Shown piece after piece: positions 8,236 to 17,417 of a stretch of 40,865 nt of DNA. Origin of the DNA: a virus. The stretch is taken from IMG/VR virus record IMGVR_UViG_3300045988_119870; one strand, given 5' to 3'. The number at the start of each line of letters is the position of its first letter. Within the stretch, counting starts at the first letter, position 1. Under the pieces are notes generated by a model. That model worked only from the letters and a program-made list of their open reading frames with translations, was not told where the DNA came from and searched no databases. The position numbers and the translations under genes are program-made.

Positions 8236-9800
8236 AGAAACACCTCCCTGTATTTCATTGTGTATGTTGGCTGTGTTGCCCAGTCCGATGCAATGCATTG
8301 GATCTGATTCATTCCAGGCTGTAGGCAAAAGTTCTCCCAATCGTTGCCCAACGCACCAAGATCCTGTCTCGGAAGTCCCTGTAACATGACCTCTCCATTG
8401 CTACAGTCAGCTGTCAAAACCTGATTTACCGAAAATTTATTCGGAATATCACGCCATTTTTCTACATTGTCAATTCTCACGAAGATGCCGCGGAAATAAT
8501 TTCTGGTGACAAGCTGATTTCCTGTATTTCGACTTCCCCACTGTCCCAAATACAATTTCACTGTTGCCACTTTCACATTTTTTAATTCTGGAACTGTAAA
8601 TTCCGGATAACTGCCCTTCCAGAAAAAACGTATTTTCTCTCCATGTTTCATCATGTCGCTTGCGCCATACGTTTGGCTGTATGGGTTTGCATCTTTTCGA
8701 TGGCAAGGTTCAAAAGTATATGTTTTGACGATACGCGGGTTGTTTCCACCTACCCACATATTCATGTGCGCTGTGTTTCCGATCGTATCGGTTTTGTATA
8801 TCTCCTGGCAGCAGATCATTTTTCCGTTCGCATCGCAGAAAGCAATCGCCTGGCAGCCCGTCTGCCCCATAAGACCAGTTTCAAACCAGCTGTTCATGTA
8901 ACAATAGAGGTGCGTCGCTCCCTTTGCTCCATTGGAATCTACCACATCAATAGATTTCATAGCTCCATTCCAGCCGTTTGTGTTTGGACTTACATATCCA
9001 CTGCTGGCCAGATACAGACCTTTGATGCTGTCTACGCTCATGACACCCAGCTTTCCAGCCGTCTTGCTGTTACTGTATAAGAAGTTGCTCCCTGTATCAT
9101 CTTTCCACGCCGCATCCTGTGACCAGACATATTGGTCAGCATAGCTTGTTATCAGTTCGCTTTTTTTGTATGTTTCTCCGTTCAACTCATCCGGATCACC
9201 GAACTGAAGAATTTTCTTGGAGTCATTTACAAAACCTACTACTCCATTTTCACTGTGCATTACTGCCTGAAGCTTTGGAAAGGCCCGATAAGTGCCGTTG
9301 TACGACACAATGAACGTTTTTCCGTCATCCGCAGTCGGATTCACCGTAAATTCTTCCACCGAATACTTGAATGGATCCGCGCAGTAAAATTCCAGCTCCG
9401 CAGTGATCGCATTTCTTCCCGCCGGCACTTCACTCGTTCCCTGCTTTGTTCCGATATAATATTTGTCCGGTTCATCTGCAAAAATAAGGGTTGCCTGTTC
9501 TGCATCCAGAAGAGCATTCAGTTTGTTGTAAGCACTGCGAAAAGCTGCATTATCTTTGGCTACCAGCTGATATCCCACCACAATAGTCCTTGGCTGATAA
9601 CGCTTTCGTCGATACTTTGTACCGTCAGACACGCCTGTTTCCAGATCTGTAATCTCCGTACCCAAAATTTCCCGGCCGGACACATAAAGTGTCCGATAGC
9701 CGGGAATTACGTTCTCAAGATAACTTCCATTAAACATGAGAGCCTCCGAAGGCAGGTTCTGCCCTGGGTATCGCTCTGTGGTATCTACAAAGTTATACAT
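8232..9800 (-). CDS. Distal tail protein (Dit), long 'evolved' form
   Basis: I trimmed the ORF to the ATG at 9800 (MYNFVDTTERYPG), which has SD GGAG and an 8-nt overlap with the TMP stop. The N-terminal ~180 aa (LYVSGREILG...YQPRTIVVGY...AELEFYCADPFKYS) resemble the siphovirus tail component family. Its position between TMP and Tal fits a Dit. At 522 aa it is about twice the length of a minimal Dit. Confidence 0.85.
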   Translation of the reverse strand: MYNFVDTTERYPGQNLPSEALMFNGSYLENVIPGYRTLYVSGREILGTEITDLETGVSDGTKYRRKRYQPRTIVVGYQLVAKDNAAFRSAYNKLNALLDAEQATLIFADEPDKYYIGTKQGTSEVPAGRNAITAELEFYCADPFKYSVEEFTVNPTADDGKTFIVSYNGTYRAFPKLQAVMHSENGVVGFVNDSKKILQFGDPDELNGETYKKSELITSYADQYVWSQDAAWKDDTGSNFLYSNSKTAGKLGVMSVDSIKGLYLASSGYVSPNTNGWNGAMKSIDVVDSNGAKGATHLYCYMNSWFETGLMGQTGCQAIAFCDANGKMICCQEIYKTDTIGNTAHMNMWVGGNNPRIVKTYTFEPCHRKDANPYSQTYGASDMMKHGEKIRFFWKGSYPEFTVPELKNVKVATVKLYLGQWGSRNTGNQLVTRNYFRGIFVRIDNVEKWRDIPNKFSVNQVLTADCSNGEVMLQGLPRQDLGALGNDWENFCLQPGMNQIQCIASDWATQPTYTMKYREVFL

Positions 9801-12800
9801 TAGTTCTCCTGCCTTTCTTTCGGTTCTCCCTTGTCTCCTGTTTCTCAATTTCTTCTCGTGTATACGTTGCAGTCGCTTTTCCAATCTCTCTTCCGTCCAG
9901 ATTAACCGGTACGTAGATGGTATACTTTCCGCTGCTGCTGTACTGGTAACTGTCGTTCAGATCTTCATAGCCTGTTCTAAGGCTCATCCCGATTTCCGGC
10001 ACAGGTGCAAGCTCTGGAATTTGTATCAGTTCCATAGTTGCCTGTTTTGCTTCCTGGACATGATCCATAAGCCCGTTGATCCAGCCGATTCCAAAATAAC
10101 TACCAAGCTTATCCGCAACCCGTGACGGACTGTGAATCTGTGCTTTCGCGCGGATTGCCGCCTCTGCAGCAGCCGCAAGCTGTGCCGCCACTGCTCTTAC
10201 ATAGCCAACCTGACTTGCCATACCGTTAGCGAGACCCATTCCGATGTAAGCGCCGTAAGAATAAGTGTTTATATTGCTCAAAGGCGCCTTTGCCGCATTT
10301 GCAAGTGCGCGTGATGCACTCGTTACAGTACTGTTTTTTGACCGGATTCCGTTTGCCATACTGTTTCCAACGCTCTGTCCACTGCGAAGTGCCGCCGGTT
10401 CTGTCGTTTTCAGAGCGGCATTCACTGCTTTTGAAACATTTTTAGCGCTGGAGACTGCTTTCGTTCCGCCACTCGAAATTGTGCTTGAAAAATTGCTCAT
10501 TGATGTGGACGCAATATTGTTCAATGGTTTCAACCCAGTATCCATGCTCTCTGTAACTGCTGTTCCTGCGCTCGTGCCCGCTGAGGTCAAAGCTCCGCTG
10601 CCTCTATTGATGCCGGATGTAATCGCGTTGATTGCTGTGTCGCCTATACTGCTGGCGGACGCAGCAACGCTTCCGATTCCAGACTGAATTCCGGCCGCCG
10701 TACTGCTTGCCGCAGTATTCCCGAGTGCATTCGCCGCGCTGGATACCTGCGAGCTTCCGGCATTAATTCCAGATGCTGCACCAGACGTTACACTCTTGCC
10801 GCCTTTTTCTCCTCCAGCGCACCAATCGCTGATATCGCCAAAGAACTTTCCAATTTTTCCACCAAACTTGGAAAGCCCACCGAAGATTCCTTCTCCAATG
10901 GCCAACACTACCTGCTTTCCGACTTCCAGCCAGTCTGTCGCCATAATTGTGTCAATCATAGCAGACAGCACCTGCGGCAATGCTTTCAAAAGCTGTGGAA
11001 TCGCACCTATAATTCCCTGTGCCAATGTTCCGATAATCTGAGCTGCTGTCATCAAAATTGTAGGAAGATTCTGTAAAATTCCCTGTACAAAAGAACTTAG
11101 TGATTGAATTGCAGCATCAATCAGTGATGGTAAATTCTCAGTAATTCCTTGTGCCAGTGCCAGTAAAAGCTGCATGCCAGTCATAATGAGCTGTGGTAGT
11201 GCAGAAGCAATTCCTGTAATAAGCGTTGTTACCATATTGACTGCTGATGGAATCAGTTCCGGAAGGGCACTGATCAAGCCGGATACAAGAGATTGAACCA
11301 GCGTTACTCCGCCCGCAATCAAAGCTGGCAGATTGGCCGTAATCGTATCCAGCAATTCAGAAACCAGATGTCCGCCCTGCTGAATGAGCTCCGGCAGCCT
11401 GCTTGTTATTCCGTTGACCAGGTTCGTGATAAACTGAGGTCCTCGTGTCTGCGCCAGCTGTAAAATACTGTCAATCTGCGATCCAAAAGTCTGATAGAGC
11501 AGTCCAAGTCCGGCGAGCACGACAGCAATCAGTGCCGCCGGCATCAGTGCCTTCATAGCAAGACCCATGATCTGGGTCAGACCGCTAAACATTTTTGATC
11601 CTACACCAAAAATCAATTTTCCAACCGTCTGTACGGTTGATGTAACTGTCTGTGCAACTTTTCCACCCAATGCTCCAATTTTCTGTATCCCATTAGCACC
11701 ATCTAAAGTGGCGGCATCCAGAATATCTTTAAATGGATTTTTTATTTTTCCAACTGCGGACTGTAATATTCCACCAAGCTTCGAATTGCCAAACGCCTTT
11801 CCAAGGCTTTTTCCGGCATTTTTTGCCCATTGCGGCACCTCTTTCAAGGTTCCGTTTATCCCCCCAATACCCGTAGAAACCAGTTTCCATGTATTACCCT
11901 GAAAGAAATCACTTGCTTTGGTAACAATACCCAAAGCTCCAAGAACCGCTCCAAGAGCCTTTACCTTCTCCCCGGTTCCATCCAGAATACCTCCAATTTC
12001 TTTCAATCCGCCTTCCAGACCACCATCTTTAAACGCAGATCCAAGATTTTGAATCCACTGGATTGCTTTTTCAATGTACTTTCCATCGGATAACTTTTGA
12101 TTAAGATTATTTATCACGGAAATAGCATTTTCCGCAAAACCTTTAAGGCTTTCACTTGCCTGTTCGAAAGCTGTAATTCCAAGTCCTTCCATTCCAGACT
12201 TAAGTTCATCAACAGCTCCCTGCAAGTTATCCATTTTGATTCCAGCCATTTTCTCGGCAGAACCAGCTGCATTATTGATCGCATCGGAAAGTTTATTAAA
12301 ATCTTCATCACTTGCATTTGCAATCGCCAAAAGTCCAGACATTGCTTCCTGACCGCCAAGCATAGCTGCATAGGAGGCCTTTTCATCCTCTGTCATCCCT
12401 TGCATGCTTTTTCGCATGTCTTTCATGACCTCTCCAAAAGACTTCATATTTCCATTGGTATCAGTAAGACTAAGACCCAATACAGACATTGCCATGCTGG
12501 ATTCTTCCGTTGGCTTTGCCATACGCGTAATAGTAGAGCGGAGGGCCGTACCGGCGGCGCTTCCTTTGATGGAACTATTCGCCATAAGGCCAGTGGCAAG
12601 AGAAATGTCCTGAATCGAGTAGCCCATTGCGCCAGCTACGGAACCGACATATTTAAAGGTTTCACCCATCAAATCGACATTCGTATTTGCATTTGCAGAA
12701 GCAGCTGCCAATACATCAGCAAATTCTCCACTGTCTTTAGCCTGTTTTCCAAATGCTGTCAAGGCATCCGTCACAATATCCGACGTTCTTGCCAGATCAC

Positions 12801-13245
12801 TGCCAGATGCTGCGGCCAGATTCATGATTCCGTCAATACCAGAAAGCATGTCCGCAGTTTTCCATCCGGCCATCGCCATATACTCCATTGCATTAGCCGC
12901 TTCTGTAGCTGTATATTTCGTGCTTGCGCCCATTTCTTTAGCTTTTTTAGACAAACTCTCAAAATTTGTTCCTGTAGCTCCAGAAATGGCCGCCACGGAA
13001 GACATCGCATTTTCAAAGCTCATACCTGCGCTTACTGCACTTGTTGTCACACTTTTAAGTGCGCTCCCGACAGCTGTAACTGCCTTACCTCCAATCGCCG
13101 CCATTGCGCCGAATCCAAGTCCGCTGGATATGGTACCGCGCAGCCGTTCTGCTGTATCGCTACACGATTTCATCGTCGAAGAGAAATTGTTATCTACCGC
13201 CGATAAAACTGCTTTCACACTATAAGACTCTGCCGTTTTCACCAT
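9793..13245 (-). CDS. Tail tape measure protein
   Basis: 1150 aa. It has a TP901-type core motif (AMSSVAAISGATGTNFESLSKKAKEMGASTKYTATEAANAMEYMAMAGW) and long Ala/Gly/Ser/Leu-rich helical and TM-like stretches. It lies downstream of the chaperone pair. Confidence 0.95.
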   Translation of the reverse strand: MVKTAESYSVKAVLSAVDNNFSSTMKSCSDTAERLRGTISSGLGFGAMAAIGGKAVTAVGSALKSVTTSAVSAGMSFENAMSSVAAISGATGTNFESLSKKAKEMGASTKYTATEAANAMEYMAMAGWKTADMLSGIDGIMNLAAASGSDLARTSDIVTDALTAFGKQAKDSGEFADVLAAASANANTNVDLMGETFKYVGSVAGAMGYSIQDISLATGLMANSSIKGSAAGTALRSTITRMAKPTEESSMAMSVLGLSLTDTNGNMKSFGEVMKDMRKSMQGMTEDEKASYAAMLGGQEAMSGLLAIANASDEDFNKLSDAINNAAGSAEKMAGIKMDNLQGAVDELKSGMEGLGITAFEQASESLKGFAENAISVINNLNQKLSDGKYIEKAIQWIQNLGSAFKDGGLEGGLKEIGGILDGTGEKVKALGAVLGALGIVTKASDFFQGNTWKLVSTGIGGINGTLKEVPQWAKNAGKSLGKAFGNSKLGGILQSAVGKIKNPFKDILDAATLDGANGIQKIGALGGKVAQTVTSTVQTVGKLIFGVGSKMFSGLTQIMGLAMKALMPAALIAVVLAGLGLLYQTFGSQIDSILQLAQTRGPQFITNLVNGITSRLPELIQQGGHLVSELLDTITANLPALIAGGVTLVQSLVSGLISALPELIPSAVNMVTTLITGIASALPQLIMTGMQLLLALAQGITENLPSLIDAAIQSLSSFVQGILQNLPTILMTAAQIIGTLAQGIIGAIPQLLKALPQVLSAMIDTIMATDWLEVGKQVVLAIGEGIFGGLSKFGGKIGKFFGDISDWCAGGEKGGKSVTSGAASGINAGSSQVSSAANALGNTAASSTAAGIQSGIGSVAASASSIGDTAINAITSGINRGSGALTSAGTSAGTAVTESMDTGLKPLNNIASTSMSNFSSTISSGGTKAVSSAKNVSKAVNAALKTTEPAALRSGQSVGNSMANGIRSKNSTVTSASRALANAAKAPLSNINTYSYGAYIGMGLANGMASQVGYVRAVAAQLAAAAEAAIRAKAQIHSPSRVADKLGSYFGIGWINGLMDHVQEAKQATMELIQIPELAPVPEIGMSLRTGYEDLNDSYQYSSSGKYTIYVPVNLDGREIGKATATYTREEIEKQETRENRKKGRRTNV

Positions 13246-13612
13246 CTCCTTTCCGAATCAGTTTTGAAATTCCAGTAAAGCGAGGGTCTGTCCTTTTTGC
13301 TCTGTGTTTTTTCAAATTTTCAAGTTCCCGTTCATAATCGAAGAATTTCCGGAACTTTTTATAGACCGGAACCGTCTTTTTACCGGCTTTACGCTCTGCA
13401 CGCACAGCGAAATCAAGATACGCCTGCCTGTGCGCTGCGAAATTTTGATCAAACATTTTCAATCCCAGAGCCTCCATCATGACGTTATACTGAGCTACCG
13501 TCAGCTGATCCACTTGTTCGAATGATGTAAAATTGAAGTACCGGAAGCAGTTTACCGCAACATCATGATAAATTTTCTGAAAATCTACTGTTCCTTCTTG
13601 CTCTGCGCTTTT
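13220..13612 (-). CDS. gpT-like extension of the tail assembly chaperone, reached by -1 frameshift from 13585..14016
   Basis: The frame stays open from inside the 3' end of the upstream chaperone ORF and is -1 relative to it. It has no SD or ATG of its own; the listed 'M' at 13513 is GTG. An A6 run (13609-13614) lies at the frame overlap. Confidence 0.6.
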   Translation of the reverse strand, partial: KSAEQEGTVDFQKIYHDVAVNCFRYFNFTSFEQVDQLTVAQYNVMMEALGLKMFDQNFAAHRQAYLDFAVRAERKAGKKTVPVYKKFRKFFDYERELENLKKHRAKRTDPRFTGISKLIRKGDGENGRVL

Positions 13613-14016
13613 TTCTGGAATTCTTCCAGAGTCTTTTTCAGCGTCTCCTGACGTTCCTTCTCCTCCGCCACTGCTTTCTCGATTTCTGCAACCGTCTTCT
13701 TCGTAGCATTGGCTGTCTTTAAGAAACCCAGCGTATCCTCGAAAAGTTTATCAATATCCGTTTCTGGGTCATCAATATACCCGTCCAGCTGGTCTCTTGT
13801 CACTCTCGGATTCTGCCCATTGTTTGCCGCATCCAGCAGGTCTACAAGGACTTCTATGTCGCCGTCCATGATTTCTGCAACTGCGTATTTCAGACCGATA
13901 TTCTTTCTAACATCTTTGACTCCGTCAACCGGCATGCTTACCTTCTTGTTCATTTCTCTCATGAATCCCATGCCAAAATTAAACTGATACACCTGTCCAT
14001 TGATTGTAAGTTCCAT
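13585..14016 (-). CDS. Tail assembly chaperone (gpG-like)
   Basis: 143 aa, acidic, located between the major tail and TMP genes. SD AAAGGAG lies upstream. Its 3' end overlaps an open -1 frame. Confidence 0.8.
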   Translation of the reverse strand: MELTINGQVYQFNFGMGFMREMNKKVSMPVDGVKDVRKNIGLKYAVAEIMDGDIEVLVDLLDAANNGQNPRVTRDQLDGYIDDPETDIDKLFEDTLGFLKTANATKKTVAEIEKAVAEEKERQETLKKTLEEFQKKAQSKKEQ

Positions 14017-14038
14017 ATCGTTTTTCTCCTTTACTTTT

Positions 14039-14064
14039 CAAAAAGAGGACGATTTCTCGCCCTC
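14039..14064 (-). terminator. Intra-operon hairpin plus U-run after the major tail gene
   Basis: Minus strand reads GAGGGCGA-GAAA-UCGUCCUC (7 of 8 bp paired) followed by UUUUUG, 10 nt after the major tail stop. Confidence 0.45.
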
Positions 14065-14074
14065 AACTGTTCTT

Positions 14075-14605
14075 TTACGCTTCTGTTTTTGTTGTATCCT
14101 TAAACACATAGGAAGCAATTTCCTGCTGTTCGGTCGTTACAGTTACGTCACCTTTCTGACCGGTTCCATTGATTCCAAAAGTAAGGGATACTTCCACCAT
14201 GTCTTCGGCGTTCGAAGTCTTTTCCAGCTCAGTGATATAGCCCTGGAAGTATTTTCCCTTAAATTTATTGGCTCCGGCAGATGCCGGTTCGTCAAGATTG
14301 GCTTCCCAGATCTCGATTTTTTCATCATTCACCATGGCGTCTTCAAGGGAATCTAGCAAAGTATCACCTTTTGCAAGGATACTGGTCGCTGTAATCTCAA
14401 CCTCTGTTTTTCCCGGTGTTCGGATCGAACCATCTTTGGTTTCGGTAGTATCGGCATCTTTGCTTACAGTCCGACCGTTTTCCGTGGTGAATGCCAATGC
14501 AGCAGCTGCATTTTTGGCTGCATCCTTTTCAATTCTGTACAGGTATACGATCTTGTTACCGCGTACCGCATCTGCAAATAACTGCAAATTTATTGTATTT
14601 CTCAT
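14075..14605 (-). CDS. Major tail protein
   Basis: 176 aa with SD AGGAGAACAGC-ATG. Its position before the chaperone/TMP genes is canonical. Composition resembles phi13-type major tail proteins (KIVYLYRI...AFTTENGRTVSKDADTTETKDGSIRTPG). The N-terminus is MRNTINLQLFA. Confidence 0.85.
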   Translation of the reverse strand: MRNTINLQLFADAVRGNKIVYLYRIEKDAAKNAAAALAFTTENGRTVSKDADTTETKDGSIRTPGKTEVEITATSILAKGDTLLDSLEDAMVNDEKIEIWEANLDEPASAGANKFKGKYFQGYITELEKTSNAEDMVEVSLTFGINGTGQKGDVTVTTEQQEIASYVFKDTTKTEA

Positions 14606-14614
14606 GCTGTTCTC

Positions 14615-15001
14615 CTAACTGAATAAAAAAGTCACTTCTACGATTCCGTGAAGAAGTGGCTGGTTGGTAGTTGTGTCCGGCAATATTCTCTGATTCAAGT
14701 CCTGCACGGACCAGGAGAAGCTGCCGGTATGTTCCAGTTGTCTGCAAATCTGCTTGATCTGCAGAATCATCTGTGAAACTGTGCCTCGCTGCCGCGGATT
14801 GTCGTGCCAGACGTGGATTGTCTGGCTTACAATGCCGAACACAGCCGTTTTATTGGCTTTATCGGTTAAATCGCTGTCCGCCAGATAGATAAACGGGTAT
14901 GGCGTACCTTCCGGCGGTAAAAACGTGTCATACACACTGTCTGGATACTGTTTTTTTAATTCCAGAAGCAACGTACTGAATAATTCCTGCTGTGGGTCCA
15001 T
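14615..15001 (-). CDS. Tail completion / tail terminator-like protein
   Basis: 128-aa ORF with SD GAGGTGA, between the gp10-like gene and the major tail gene. The call rests mainly on position. Confidence 0.6.
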   Translation of the reverse strand: MDPQQELFSTLLLELKKQYPDSVYDTFLPPEGTPYPFIYLADSDLTDKANKTAVFGIVSQTIHVWHDNPRQRGTVSQMILQIKQICRQLEHTGSFSWSVQDLNQRILPDTTTNQPLLHGIVEVTFLFS

Positions 15002-15005
15002 CGTG

Positions 15006-15374
15006 TCACCTCGTAAGCTTTTTCAAATCGGATTTGAACTTCTCTTTCTGTGCCGTATAGGAAGGACGCATATACGGCTGTGCGTTCATATAACGGGTTC
15101 CATACTCCACATACGCCGCATACTCTGCCGTCGGCTCTACTTCCGCAGTCATGCCGCCGTCTGTAATGTCCAATCCGATGCTACGCTTTAATGTTCCACC
15201 CACATATCCAGGTATCCCTGTACTTTGTGGAGTTCCTACCGGTGCATTCTTCTGTGCTTTTTTCTGCAGTTCCGATCCATTTTTTCGTACAACCCGCTTT
15301 ACATCGCTCATCTGCACGTTTTTCTTCAATTTGACCTGCAGTTTTTCCATTCCTTCCAGCTTGATTTTCGGCAT
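15006..15374 (-). CDS. HK97 gp10-family head-tail joining protein
   Basis: 122 aa with motifs typical of the family (VKRVVRKNGSELQKKAQKNAPV...GTLKRSI...EVEPTAEYAAYVEYGT). SD is GGAGGTG and the start overlaps the upstream stop. Confidence 0.8.
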   Translation of the reverse strand: MPKIKLEGMEKLQVKLKKNVQMSDVKRVVRKNGSELQKKAQKNAPVGTPQSTGIPGYVGGTLKRSIGLDITDGGMTAEVEPTAEYAAYVEYGTRYMNAQPYMRPSYTAQKEKFKSDLKKLTR

Positions 15375-15676
15375 CAGACCACCTCCGATAGTATGAATGT
15401 CTGTTTTACACGCAATTTCCGTGTATAGTCCACTTTATAGTTTGTGTTCCCGATCCGGATCCGATCAAACGGCTTCTGATAATGATTCTGGAGCTGCACT
15501 GTCACGCTGCCCTGACGGATCCCACCGTATACGATCTGCATGATTTCCGCCCGCGTATCCATCACAGATGCCATTTTCCGCACCTCTGTTACCTGATCGT
15601 CGGCATAGTTCCCAGTCGTTGGATCATACTCACCCGGCAGGACTCGCCGGAAGAAAATTGGCGTATCGTATCTCAC
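15374..15676 (-). CDS. Head-tail adaptor / head closure protein (SPP1 gp16-like)
   Basis: 100 aa. The GTG start has SD AAAGGTGA and a GTGA overlap with the upstream stop. The sequence pattern (TPIFF...YDPTTGNY...) and position match head closure proteins. Confidence 0.75.
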   Translation of the reverse strand: MRYDTPIFFRRVLPGEYDPTTGNYADDQVTEVRKMASVMDTRAEIMQIVYGGIRQGSVTVQLQNHYQKPFDRIRIGNTNYKVDYTRKLRVKQTFILSEVV

Positions 15677-15999
15677 AAAAACTTCACCTTTCCCTTCCTT
15701 GCCTCCCGCTGGCTGTCCAGATAAGACTGAATATCATCCATGTACCCGGCAAAATCATTTTCAGACCAGGAAAGGCTCTCGCCCTCAACACTGTGAGAGG
15801 AGAGCCCTTCTGATCCGATTCGGTTGAATCGAATGACTGAAACATCCAATATGATGTATTCCATTTCTTCCGGCGGCTCCAGACCGCCAAGAAGAAATTT
15901 CAACCGCTGTTTCGTGGCATTCAGAATCAGCTGTAGCTGCTGTTCTGTCTTTTTATCTGTGTCTTCCAGTCCAAGAAGCAGTTTCAGATCTTCGAGCAT
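15673..15999 (-). CDS. gp6-like head-tail connector protein
   Basis: 108 aa. The N-terminus MLEDLKLLLGLEDTDKKTEQQLQLILNATKQRL is typical of this connector family. SD is GGAGG. Confidence 0.75.
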   Translation of the reverse strand: MLEDLKLLLGLEDTDKKTEQQLQLILNATKQRLKFLLGGLEPPEEMEYIILDVSVIRFNRIGSEGLSSHSVEGESLSWSENDFAGYMDDIQSYLDSQREARKGKVKFL

Positions 16000-16009
16000 C
16001 GACTGCCTC

Positions 16010-16189
16010 CTACTTCTCTGGTTCTTTTACCAGTTCGATCACCGGGGTTCCACGCAGGTTTTTATCCGAAGCAAGCTCTTCCAGACGCTCTTTCGAGACC
16101 TTGATTCCCTCGCGTGGGAAAACATCACCCTCTCGGTACTCATGGTCATCGTCATGAAGATCCGTAAAGTATTCAATCACCCTGTACAT
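16010..16189 (-). CDS. Small conserved-looking phage protein (59 aa, below the ORF-track cutoff)
   Basis: AGGAGGAACCT-ATG, translating to MYRVIEYFTDLHDDDHEYREGDVFPREGIKVSKERLEELASDKNLRGTPVIELVKEPEK. It fills the capsid-to-connector gap exactly. Confidence 0.55.
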   Translation of the reverse strand: MYRVIEYFTDLHDDDHEYREGDVFPREGIKVSKERLEELASDKNLRGTPVIELVKEPEK

Positions 16190-16202
16190 AGGTTCCTCCT
16201 TC

Positions 16203-17405
16203 TCAGCTCTTCACAGCTACTGTTACATCGCCGGAACGGACTGCTTTATAATTCTGATCACACTCAACCAGCGTGATGTGATGGGTTGCTGTAGATGCGA
16301 TTTCGGATTCTCCATCCCATTTGCTCCAGTTTTTCACGTCATCGCCGTATTTCACGGCAGTCGCGGATGCCGCATCTTTGTACTTCCAGCAGTTTTTCAT
16401 AGACATCAGCTGCTCTTTTACGGAGATCTTTGTTTTTCCTGTTTCAGATCCTTCTGCCGCCGTTACGGTCAGTTTTCCAAGAGTCTGTGTATCCGCGCCA
16501 CCAACGGAGATGTAGGCGATGGCATCCAGGTACTCACAGAATAAGCGCAGACCCATAATAGCGTACAGATCCGAAATTGCTCTCTCGTAGGTACCCTGTG
16601 CATGGAAACCGATAAAATGAGTAGTCGGGTCCGTTGTATAGCTGAGGCCAGCTTTTACGAACTCAGAGTCGCCCGGATCGATGTAATATCCGATGATGTT
16701 GTTGAGTGGAGTAGCAATGACGACGTTTTCCGGGACTTCAGAGCTTACGAAGACAACATCAGCACCAAGAAATTTCTTCATGTACTCAAAGCCGAACGCT
16801 GTCTGCAGGGAGATATCCGCGGCACCGACATGTTTATACACATCCAGTGTATTTACCCATACTGCTACGCCGGTAGCCGTTCTTCTCATCTTTTTGAACT
16901 TATCTTTAACCTTTCCGATTGCCATAGCAACCGCCATCTGCCAAGTGCTTTCATGGCCAGTCAGAGAACCTGCTTTCAGCTGTGCGTACAGCTTATCCAT
17001 GACAACGTTTTGCAGATCGGTTTTGAACTCTTCGTCGGTATCCTGTACTGCGGCATCATATCCCTTTTCCGCGATTGCCTCCAGGGTTACTCCCTTACGA
17101 TACTTGCTGATTTTAATAGTATCAAACGGAATTTCTTCCACAGCGTACTGGGAATACGGGATCTCTTCGCCCTCTGCGACCTCACCGGACTGCAGATTTC
17201 CTGTCACCTTTTTTGTCTTTAAAACGGTGTTGTTATCTTTCTTGATCATTCGGATAATGCCCAGGACGTCAAGCAGCGCCTGAATGTTTTTACCGAAAGA
17301 TGTTACGAAATCAATCTCGCGGGCTTTTACCTGGACCTGTTCCTGACCTGTCATGTTATCCGGTGCCGCAAATACCTGCAGCCCTAATTTTCCAATTCTA
17401 TGCAT
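16203..17405 (-). CDS. Major capsid protein with a C-terminal Ig-like extension
   Basis: 400 aa with SD AGGAGG, directly downstream of the scaffold gene. The last ~90 aa (GKLTVTAAEGSETGKTKISVK...ITLVECDQNYKAVRSGDVTVAVKS) look like an Ig-like decoration domain. The N-terminus is MHRIGKLGLQVFA. Confidence 0.9.
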   Translation of the reverse strand: MHRIGKLGLQVFAAPDNMTGQEQVQVKAREIDFVTSFGKNIQALLDVLGIIRMIKKDNNTVLKTKKVTGNLQSGEVAEGEEIPYSQYAVEEIPFDTIKISKYRKGVTLEAIAEKGYDAAVQDTDEEFKTDLQNVVMDKLYAQLKAGSLTGHESTWQMAVAMAIGKVKDKFKKMRRTATGVAVWVNTLDVYKHVGAADISLQTAFGFEYMKKFLGADVVFVSSEVPENVVIATPLNNIIGYYIDPGDSEFVKAGLSYTTDPTTHFIGFHAQGTYERAISDLYAIMGLRLFCEYLDAIAYISVGGADTQTLGKLTVTAAEGSETGKTKISVKEQLMSMKNCWKYKDAASATAVKYGDDVKNWSKWDGESEIASTATHHITLVECDQNYKAVRSGDVTVAVKS

Positions 17406-17417
17406 GCTGTTTTCCTC

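Noticed and set aside
8236-8340. N-terminal extensions of ORF-track entries: 8236-8340, 9801-9884, 18054-18179, 25838-25876, 31781-31801, 33073-33168 and 33457-33660.
   Set aside because: In each case an internal ATG with a strong SD and a start/stop overlap with the upstream gene gives a family-typical N-terminus. The extensions overlap the preceding gene and lack ribosome-binding sites.
12097-13206. A 369-aa plus-strand ORF, with similar long plus-strand ORFs at 6391-7023, 9132-9803, 16602-17283, 17470-18072 and 20288-21546.
   Set aside because: All lie antisense to well-supported structural genes. They have Cys/Ser/Arg/Phe-rich low-complexity translations and no SD. They are best explained as shadow ORFs of the real minus-strand genes.
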